Positions 8,379-18,250 of a stretch of 34,114 bases of DNA are shown piece after piece. The translations under genes and the position numbers were made by a program. Under the pieces are notes generated by a model. That model ran no database searches, was not told the origin of the DNA, and saw only the letters and a program-made list of their open reading frames with translations. Position 1 is the first letter of the stretch, and each line of letters opens with the position of its first letter. The stretch covers positions 1 to 34,114 of the forward strand of contig JAUCBJ010008949.1 of assembly GCA_032718475.1 (NCBI GenBank). The letters are read 5' to 3'. The DNA is from Nemertoderma westbladi (taxonomy: Eukaryota > Animalia > Xenacoelomorpha).

Positions 8379-11300
8379 ATGTCTGACACCCAGCAAACCC
8401 TGTCAGACAGTCTAATCGATACAACCATCTGTGACACAGATAGGAGTGTGGAGCGATTAAGAAAGGGGTTCAGCTCACCTCCTACTGAAAGAAAGGTCAT
8501 CCCTCCAGTAGTAGTATCAGACCCTAGGCTAATCCAACACCGTAGGTCTATCATCGGCACTCGGGCCCAGGTCAAACGGAACCAGGAAGCAGCTGTCCAA
8601 CAGCAGCAACATCCTAGTCAAGAAACTCGTTCCCAGCGACCCGATAGCTCCAGTAGTTCGGATACTGTAGAGCTGACGGCTACAGCCTATTCGGATCCCC
8701 TTCTCACCCTTCCTGCCGCAGGTACTAACTACTATATTCATTGCGTTGGAGGAACACCAAGTCGATTGGGCGAGAAGTAAGCGAGCGACCCAAGATAGTT
8801 ATGCGGGATACGCCAGGGAAAAATTGATGTCTATTGTCGAGTCACAATGGAATTTTCCCGGACCCGGACTCCCGTTAGATTTGTCCGAAGCTACTTGGGA
8901 AGACATACACAGGATGGGAGTGACTAAAGATACGATGGATCCAGCTGTTTGGAAGAGGTCGGCAGCAGGATATGTGCAGGGATTCTTCGGCTCCTTAGAG
9001 CGATTAGAAGAACAACTGTTTAGACAACCCCAAGGACCTCAAGAGCAGGAAGAGCTGCTATATCAAGTACGCGAAAGAACCCTACGCATTAGACTAATCC
9101 TATCAGCCTTTGAGGAAACTTCCAAAAGAAGACAGGACACGTCGCTGCAAGTTGCTGTCAAGACTTGGTTCCAGCGGGTAGGTCTCAAAGTACAAGAAAC
9201 GGCCCAGTGGAAATCCCAGCTGTCTGAGAGACCAACCTATGAAGAACCAACCGATGCCACCCTTTCTCAAGTGGAAAGCGAAGGGACAGCAGAGAGACCG
9301 CGAACGAGAGACGCCATAGACATCTATCTGTCAGACAATCAACGCTTCTTAGGGGATGAAGAGTTGAGGAGACGACTGGCTGGACTTCGCCCCAATAGTG
9401 AAGGAGCCAAGCTTGTGTTGGACTCAATCGATGCGGAAATGTCAGCTGCAAACCAAGCTAAATTTGATGAAAAACTCCGCCTCGCTAGAGTCCAAGAAGA
9501 ACAAGTAAAGAAAAAACGGATAGAGGACCGAAAGGCAGCAGCAGTAGCAGCGGCAATGGCAGAAGCAGAAGTGGAAAGAAAGGCGGCAGCGGCAATGGCA
9601 GAAGCAGAAGCGGAAAGAAAGGTGGCAGCGGCAATGGCAGAAGCGGAAAGAAAGGCGGCAGCGGCAATGGCAGAAGCAGAAGCGGAAAGAAAGGCGGCAA
9701 AGGCAGTGGCAGAAGCAGAACGGAGAGCGTCTGAGGAGACTACCCAACTGGAGTTGGAAAATCTGCAAGAGACGCAAGACTGCATAAATAAACAGTTAAC
9801 TGCTAGTCAAATGCAGATGATGAGTCGATCTACTCCCAAACGCCAAGGATACACATCATCGGAGGAAGGCGAGACCACCGATCCTGAAGGCGGAGGAAAT
9901 AGATCTCGTCTAAGCAGGCGTAGAAAAACATCTCACCGTCACAAATTGCCTGATTTGCCCCCAGCGGTTAGAAGACAACTAGCTAGCACAGACTTAGGTA
10001 GTACAGAGCCCACAGACCAAATTATTAAGGTCAAAAGACTCCCTACCATAGTTGATGAGCCTGAAATAATTAGGCCTGTCGTTCCCAAATCCACTCCTGT
10101 GCTAGAGACCCCTGTACTTCCAGAGCTTAACTCTAAATTCCCTCTACACAGTACTACACTGCCTGTACCCGGTAGAACAGTCCATGCGAATATCCCTGTC
10201 CTGGACACTGAGAGAGAAATCAAAGATTTGTCTCCCGTCGTCCCGCTTCGGCCCGCTACAATGTTGGCGACTACCGCTTCGGCGGTCGAGTGGGTAGAGG
10301 AGGGACGGTGGGGGATGAATCTCCTGCTCGGACAGATGCAGGAGACTGTCCACCAACTTAAGGGAACAGTAAGGGAAGGTAGGTTAGAATTGCAAGAAGT
10401 GCAGCAAAGCATCGCACTAGAACGCGATAAATTAGTCAATATACAAAAGGGTATACCAATACCCCCAGTAACATTGTGTCAACCTGTTAGGTCTGAAGTA
10501 TCACATGCGCAAGGTGTGGAGCCTACACGCATCTATACTGCTAGTGAAGTAGAAACTCCTATAGCAAACCCTATTAAGGGTGATTATAAACCTGTTGTTA
10601 ATGATATTCCCTATAGACCTGATAATAATCCGAGAAATTCATATACCGATAATTCGATATTAAATAACACGATGGCCCAAGAAAGCTTTACGCGTCAGAT
10701 GGCTAGAACAGAAGCCCGCCAAGCGGTCAAAGTGGGAGAGATCGTCAAATTCAATGGAGATGAGATGAAATGGTTACCTTTCAATGAATATTACAAAGAT
10801 AGCATACAGAGCTCTGTACTATCTAACGGAGAGAAACTTAGATTCCTCATCAAGTGCTTGGAAGGACCTCCCAAGTTAATGGCGTTAAAGTTTATTGGAC
10901 ATCCAGATGGATTAAGACAAGTTTGGGATACATTAAACACCAGGTATGGTAACAAGGATAACATAGCTAAGTATTTGTATGCAAAATTAGTAGCCCCCCG
11001 AAACTTCCTTAGTAGCGGGATTATCGAGTTTTCCGATGAGATTCAAGAGATATGTAGACAATTGGACTGGTTAGGTAAGTCTCATGAATATCAGAGTTCC
11101 ATGGTTATTGGAGCAGTAGTCTCTACTTTACCAAAGGGTGGAGTATGTACACGCTGGGACAAGAAAGTGTTGTATATGAATGAGCAGCAACGACGAAGCC
11201 CTACCATGGCTGATCTCATGTCCTTCTTAGATGGTGAAGTAAAACTACAACTCATCAAGCAGTCCAGAGAGAAAACATCGGAAAATAAGGTAAGTGAGAA

Positions 11301-12882
11301 ACCCGTTTCTAGGAGAAGAGTAACACCAGTGTGTTACACTGACGACGGCAAAAGCCAAGCTTCTCAAGAAGAGGACCGCGGGAAAGACACTGATAGATTT
11401 TACTACGTTAACAAAACCTCAAAAGACGTAAGTAAATACAAGGCTCGAACCAACGATAGGAGAGAACAGGTTGCCAAGACTCCTCCTCAGTCTCCTAACA
11501 GAATGCACGGAAGAAAGCCCGAAGAAAGAACGAGAGTGCATAACGTTACCCAAGGTAAAGTGAGTAACATCAAACCAAACTGTGCGCTGTGCGACGGGCC
11601 CCACCGTTTGAGTGCGTGTGCTGAATTCCTAAAGAAATCCCTTGTAGACAGACGTGAAGTCATGTGGGATAAGCGGTTATGCTATAATTGCCTCAGATCA
11701 GGACACCAACGGCGAAACTGTTACTCCGACGTAAAGTGTGCAAAGTGTGGCGCGAAACATCACATCTTGTTACACAGTGAGTTCGAACGAAACAACCCGA
11801 GTCAGGTAAGTGAGCCCGAACTACATGTCCAATTCAGTGATGTAAATGACACTGATCAAGAGTCTGAGATGGAAGGATTCTATACGGACGAATTCTCCGA
11901 CGCCAACGAATCCTGTTACCTAATAAATACCGCAGTGTATCGAGCACTTACATATGAAAAGGACACCGAAAATGAGTTCCCCCCAACTACCTTTGACAGA
12001 CAACCATCTTGGAAACCTCCAACTTCCAACGTAGGAATCAGAGAATTTCCTGTAGTGCAGGTAAGAGTTCGCGGTCCTAACAAAAGTTACATAGTGAACG
12101 CCCTCCTTGACTCTGGCAGCACAGGAACATTCATCGATGAAGAACTAGCCGAAGACATCTTTGCTGGACAACCCAAATTCCGAACTAAGTTGAATATGTC
12201 AGGAATTATGCAGGTTTGGAAATCTACCATAACGGCAGATTACTATGTAGGTGCGTTGTCCACCCCCCAGGATAAATTAGGAGAACAAAGTATAAGGTCA
12301 GTAAAAATGGTGGCTATAAAGAACTTCGCTACTACCCGAGTAGAACCTTATAACTGGGACGAGGACGAGAGCATCCAGCAGCTTAAGATACCTCGATTCC
12401 ACACAGATTATCCTGGAGTGCAAATACTCATCGGCCAAAACGCGCATGAGGCGCTAGAGACATTGGAGAAACGGCCTGCTCAACCACAGCCACTACAAAC
12501 CTATGCGGTAAGAACTAGAGTAGGTTGGTACTTCACTGGCCCTTCCCGTAGAACTCTCAAAGAGAGATTACCTCAACAACAGGTATACCAAGTAAAGGAA
12601 TGGGAAGTGGAGAGCAGTGAGGTGGACGAACTAACTGAGGGAACACCATACTCCTCAGATAATGACGATATTAACTCCAATGTAGATCAATGGAGACATT
12701 GCCTTGGGACGATTAATCCAGCCGACATCGCTTCCAAAGGAGCAACTCCTCAAGAATTGATAGATACTCCAGGCTGGTTAGGTGGATCCGACTTCTTAAG
12801 TAAAGAAGAAGAAGAATGGCCTCCTCATCTTACCACGGCGGAGATTAGACAGGCCAAGGGAGCGGAGAAAGTAACACAATAA
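8379..12882 (+). CDS. BEL/Pao Gag-protease polyprotein (ATG at 8379; one +1 frameshift between ~8676 and 8780 into the 1378-aa ORF)
   Basis: DUF1759-like KFNGDEMKWLPF...EKLRFLIKCLEG...WDTLNTRYG; CALCDGPH....C / CYNCLRSGH....C / CAKCGAKHHILLH; protease ALLDSGSTGTFI and ILIGQN; RTRVGW; RNase H tail QWRH...NPADIASKG...W..G..FL.....WP. Confidence 0.88.
9530..9725 (+). repeat. Coding minisatellite (33-39 bp units) encoding (KAAAAMAEAEAER)n
   Basis: Four to five units of AAGGCGGCAGCGGCAATGGCAGAAGCAGAAGCGGAAAGA; all length variants preserve frame. Confidence 0.95.
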
Positions 12883-13535
12883 CTCAATCGCCCAGCTGGT
12901 CGTTTATGTTTACTGGAAAGAGACCGAAAACTGTCCGGAAACTATGGAAGGCAAGATACTCTTCCTACGACCACTTCCCTCATCCGACAAATATCTAGGG
13001 ACTCCATAACGTAAGAACATATGGAGTGGGCGTGTGACTATATCATTTTATATTTGTTTTTATTTTTATATTTATGTATGTATTATTATGTAATTTTATT
13101 ATAATCGTTTTCTTTAATTTTATTTAGTAGAATGTTACTTTAGTGATTATTTAGTAGATTAGTGCAATATATTAGTGTTTATTACGTACGTAATTACTTA
13201 TAATATATATTTAGTGCGACGGCGAGAAATAATTATTTTTCTCTTTCCTTACTGTCCGTATCATATTATCAATACGTGACTACAGTAAGATGAAATGTCC
13301 GTACTTATTAAAGTACAATAAAGCCACTACTATATTCAAGTATTATTGGTAGGCAGAGTATTAGGAATGCAAAGTTCAGATCCTCGTGTCTCAGCTAAAC
13401 CAAGCTCTGGGTAGACGTTGGAAACGACTTGCCTCTTCACACTGACATTGCTTCGTGCGATATTGCTCTCATACCATATATAATAATACATATAGTAGCG
13501 TGATGTCCCTCTAACAGTAGCGTAAAACGCAAATA

Positions 13536-13833
13536 AATCTGTTAAACCTTTTGACCATCTGTAATTCTAGTCGATTAAGATATCGTGGCACCCACCGATA
13601 TACTTGAAAGACAAATTCTAGAATCAGTGGTTAACGTCCCCAGACAAGTTCTGGAATAAATCGGTGCCTATCTTAAATATTAATTTAATATTTATTAAAA
13701 TCTGTAAAATTCAGATCCTTTAAAATTTCTAGTCAATTAAGATATCGCAGCACTTACCGATACTCTTAAAAGACAATTTTACAGAATTAAGGATCCTAGG
13801 TCCCCAGACATGCTCTGGAATAAAATTGTGTCA
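13536..13833. repeat. Diverged 162-bp-period duplication in the BEL pol-to-accessory ORF spacer
   Basis: TTCTAGTCRATTAAGATATCG at 13565 and 13727; GTCCCCAGACA....CTGGAATAAA in both copies. Confidence 0.85.
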
Positions 13834-14641
13834 ATTTTACCATCAAATAATAAAATTCACGGGAATAAATTTAAATTCATATCTTAAATGAATTTCATAA
13901 ATTGTCATTTGTGCAATTTATAACATTCCCAAAATTCCATTAATTAATAGATCATGGGAGCGGAGATTCATCCTATTGAGTGTATTAGAGTGCGAGAATC
14001 TCCAACATATAGTCAATAGCCGATAAAATTAATAAAATCATACATAAGGAGGATATTGACAATTAAAGAATTACTATTAAATAGCATTCCAGATCTGTAT
14101 GCATGAGAATTACCCTAATTCTACCGCTAGCTTTCCATAATGTCACCATAGCAACACCCACGCTAGAATTAGAAGCAAGTTAAAAGAACAATAGAAAGCT
14201 TGTCCCATTGCCTAGCATAGAGAACGCATAGCACACTGTTAGTATCCAAAGATACACAGTAATAACGTGACATTCTGGAAGGCACTGACTAACGGACAAA
14301 TGGCCTGTATGTGTACAATTGGTGACAGTTGTGTGGAATTTGTGCGTTTATAGGTGAATGTTACTGCTAAAGTATGTTTACAGTAGCTAGTCGCAATTGT
14401 GAAAGTAGCCCAACTCTCCTATAGAAAGAACCTAAAGTGGATTCAAGCCTTTGGGACGGACAGTGGAGTGACTTGTGCCAGTTATCGTTGTCGTGCTGTT
14501 GCTACATGTTGGCGTAAACACCGCGACGACGGTACATCGGCGCTGAGAATCCCACTGTCCGGGGGCAAAGAAAAGGTAGGCAGCGACGCCGCTCGCCTAA
14601 ACATAAACTCCTTATAATATTAATAAACCCAAATAGCAGAT

Positions 14642-16233
14642 ATGACGGAGTTGATAGAAGATGATCTTGGTATCAGGGAGCGATATACTCTACCTTACAA
14701 GCATTTGTGGATAGCTTGATACGCGGTGAAGCCGATCCAACCATTACGGAGGACGATGGTCGTTATATCGAACCACCGATGTCCCAAGAGCAACTTACGC
14801 GTGAATTGGACTATCGAAAATTCACCGCTCGCTATACGCATCGTAATGGTACGTATATGGACTTATTAACTATCGGCCATCCTATCGACTTGCATGATAC
14901 GGACGATGTAGACACCGAAAGGGAAATGGTTCTATTTAAATATCATACCCAGTGGAGTCGTAACGATAAACCGAGAATAGAACACGAAAATTCTATTCGT
15001 AACAGACTGGAAAGAGAAAACGTTGAAGAACCGGATAAACGCATCGACTTCAACGACTACCTGGAATTTTGGGAGAAACCTATCTCAACATCGCCAGTCA
15101 GCAGAACCTCGAGACTCTATATCCTCAAGGTATACATCATGACCCCATGGTAGAACTCAAACGGCTCTATTTCACTATGATGTATCTTACCACCGATCGT
15201 CCACTACCTGTTATCCCGGATAGTTTTGAACAAATGGAAGAATATTGCAAAACTGGAGAACGATCACCCGCGTTTCCTCTACAGGACGTACGTCTTTGGT
15301 GTTATTGTGACGAATGCCCTAGACCCAACCAACAAACTGAAGGACACAAACGTCCGCTGTTCCTATTTCCACGAACAACCGGCGATGGAAATTTATTGCG
15401 CGTATTGCAGACTCAATAACTTGCACATTTTTGCGGTTTGCCCTCAATTTATGACTCAATGTCACCATTGTCAACTAAAGGGACACGCCAGTTTCGATTG
15501 CCCTTTTAATCACGATTTGGAAAGCGTAGATGAAATGATCACACTACGTTACATCAGAGCTTGGGAAGCGAACGCTGATTTACATTGTGATTCGCGCCAT
15601 CGTTATTATCCTGGACGCGCTTACGAAGGAGTTTATGCGTTCCATCCTTATCTATTCGCTTCTGTCGAACAGAAATCACGCATATCGAGTTACGAACTAC
15701 TGAAGCGCGTCGGAGAATGTATTTCAACCAAGTTCGTACGCAAATTTCTTAGGAGTGTTAATCCTAGCGACCTTCACTCCTATAACTTAATCAATTATAT
15801 CCGTCAGGACCCGGACTATGGAGACTTATTTGTTAACTCACACCCCGAGTTACAGGAAGTATATCGACGGCCTTACGAATACCGAGCCCGCGAACGCGAG
15901 TTGGAAAGAACCATTAAACCCAGGAAGTTTCTGACTGCCTATGGTCCACCCACAGCTCTCGTTCAGACCACTCGTAAAGGACCCGTAAGAGCGGCTGTCC
16001 TAAAACGCGCTCTCAAGGCCGTTAGACCTCTCTCCCCCGACGTTGATGTCAATCAACCCGGCACTTCGACTGGCGGATACACCGACCATAATCCTACACC
16101 CTCTGATGCAATCATATTGCACCCTTCACCCAGGAGTTATAGCCCTCCTTGTAAAGTGGCTCGCCCCAAAGAGAAAAAGACTCTGGCCAGCTTTAAAAAA
16201 CTGCGTAAACGCCGTCCGCGCAAGAAAGACTAA
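14642..16233 (+). pseudogene. Frameshifted accessory ORF of unknown function with tandem zinc knuckles and basic C-terminus
   Basis: Overlapping ORFs 14642-14719, 14707-15153, 15069-15419, 15226-16233; CAYCRLNNLHIFAVC (CX2CX5HX4C) then CHHCQLKGHASFDC (CX2CX4HX4C); ends KKLRKRRPRKKD. Confidence 0.7.
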
Positions 16234-16303
16234 CTGTTTAGAGTATTTACGTATATTAGAAACTGTGATTTTTGTATATTTATAGACTTGAATCCCATTT
16301 TCT

Positions 16304-16314
16304 GGGAGCGGTGT
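16304..16314 (+). other. Putative polypurine tract and start (TGT) of the 3' LTR
   Basis: GGGAGCGG|TGTAAAAGC about 70 bp after the accessory ORF stop; no matching 5' LTR found to confirm it. Confidence 0.55.
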
Positions 16315-16786
16315 AAAAGCTTTTGCGGATATAATCAGTCCCCTCGCCCGCAAAGTACCGTTATAGGTGTTTTAACGGACATAAAAGTCATTCTTCTATA
16401 TGTGTGCTTTGGCGGACATGGCAAGGCATAAAACCCGCAATGCGTGCAGTGTAGCCTTGATGATTCAGATTACGACATCTAACAGCTGGTTGCTGGCATG
16501 GAAACGGCCATTGGACACATGGTTCTTTGTTTAGCTTAACAGCCAATCAGGGCGATTTTTACTGTCGATGTGGAGATATTCTACAGATCGTGCTAGGAGC
16601 GTTCAGTCTTACAGTTTTCTTAATACTGTTGTGTTGTTTCTATCTAGGCCAAGAACACCGGCTCTAGAGTCAATTCGTTTCAGACTTTAGAAGAAACATT
16701 ATTAAAATTATCAAAATAGGGCTGACTGCAGTACTGGTAAACTACGCCTAACTGCCTGTATACTGGTTTTACGGCCACATGCTGTC

Positions 16787-18104
16787 ATGGCTTTCGATGA
16801 CGACAAGGTCGACAAGGAACCCGTTCCTTCTAAAGTATGCTGCCATGTCTCCAACGACGTGTTGGCGTACATATGGACTGCTCACAACCGTGGTTTTCAC
16901 CGCAAATCTGTATCTGCGGTAGTGGGCTCCTGGCCCAGATTCCCTGATAGATCTCTAAAAGAAGCCAAGTTGGCACTCCTTGATTTGCTTGAGAATGCTG
17001 GCCCTGATCGCATGTTTGCAAAGCAAGACTTCACGAAGAAACGTCAGCTAGGCAACTTGTTCAGGGAAAAAGTGGTGAGTGATATTATCGATACCTTTGA
17101 ATACCCGGGCTTCCAGAATTTGGATCCTCAACCCGTGTTTATTCCTAAGGATTTATCAGCAATCCCTCCGTTTGCGACTACGGAAGCTGACATGCTCCAC
17201 CTACTTAACATAGTTAGTGGATTACAGGATCGTGTTGCTGTGCTTGAGCACGAGATTCGATCGAAACCGAGTGTCCCCAGTACCGTGTTATCCCCCGGTA
17301 CAACGGGTGAAGGGAATCAGGGCGAGCCGGCTGGCACTACATATGCGTGTGTAGCTGGTCTGGATCTACCCTCAGTGGCTGCGAAACAGCGTCCGGCTGG
17401 TGCTGCTAAAAAAAACGAAAAAGAAGAAGGATCCAAAGTCCTCGGGGGGTGGCGGCAATTCGGCAGCTGCGGTCGTCACTCCTGTTGGTATAATCGAGGT
17501 TCCGGACTCGTCTGACTCAGAAAACGACGTCGTGGTGGTAACCGATTCAGTCATCAATGTCCCATATACCAACGTGGGTCGCAATGGCAAACCGAGCCGC
17601 GTGGGAGCGGAGAAACGTCCTTCGAGTTTATACCCAGATCGAGGTCCTCCCCTGCAACCCGGTGAGAACTCCGCTCAACGGCGGAACTCTCGATCACGTA
17701 GACCTCCGCCTGTCTATGGTAGTTCTGACAGTGTAGCCTTCAGTGCTTTAGTCCCTAAAAAGAAAATCTTTCTAACTAACTGTGTTGCAGACGTGACTAG
17801 TGAAGTTGTATCCGACCACGTTAAGAATTCGACTGGATTCGATGTTCTATGCGAACCTATTGGCAACGACACGTTGCCTTTCAGGTCGTTCGTGATCACC
17901 TGCAAGCTGAACGAAATGGAAAAGCTGATGGACGGCGCGCTATGGCCTCGGTATTGTCGCATTCGTGTATTCGTGGATTATCACCGACGAAAGCAGGTTC
18001 ATGGGTCCTTTGCAGCTCGTCCCGTTGCTCATAGCAACGGTATTGAATCTACTGATACGCCTACTGTTAAGGGTACGGGCATTGTTGGTGACAAGGGCCA
18101 ATAA
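16787..18104 (+). pseudogene. LINE ORF1 with a single +1 frameshift in the A8 run at 17408-17415
   Basis: N-terminal NDVLAYI...EAK..L...DII..F...PVFIPKDLSAIPP and coiled coil; C-terminal RRM-like IFLTNC...RSFVITC...LWPRYCRIRVF. Removing one A joins the two ORFs. Confidence 0.85.
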
Positions 18105-18250
18105 CTGCTCACAGTTATGATTATTCATCACTTAATCTGAATAAATTTTATACTGTATATAGTTTATATTTTTCAAGTTATTATACAATTTTTATTTTAC
18201 AGGATTTTCTCTGATTATATTTAATAATATAGTGTATTTATCTTTTAATA

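Larger units (their letters stand above)
7076..16375 (+). mobile_element. Internally deleted BEL/Pao LTR retrotransposon with accessory ORF; LTR pair not resolved
   Basis: BEL-type Gag, triple zinc knuckle, protease, RNase H and integrase C-terminal remnants, then PPT-like GGGAGCGG followed by TGT at 16312. Both boundaries approximate. Confidence 0.8.

Noticed and set aside
9185-10439. Several minus-strand ORFs with repetitive Cys/Phe/Leu/Pro content
   Set aside because: By-products of the gag coding minisatellite and codon bias.
13025-13450. GGAGTGGGCG|TGT as an alternative PPT and 3' LTR start
   Set aside because: No matching copy upstream of gag; 16304 fits better, though neither is proven.
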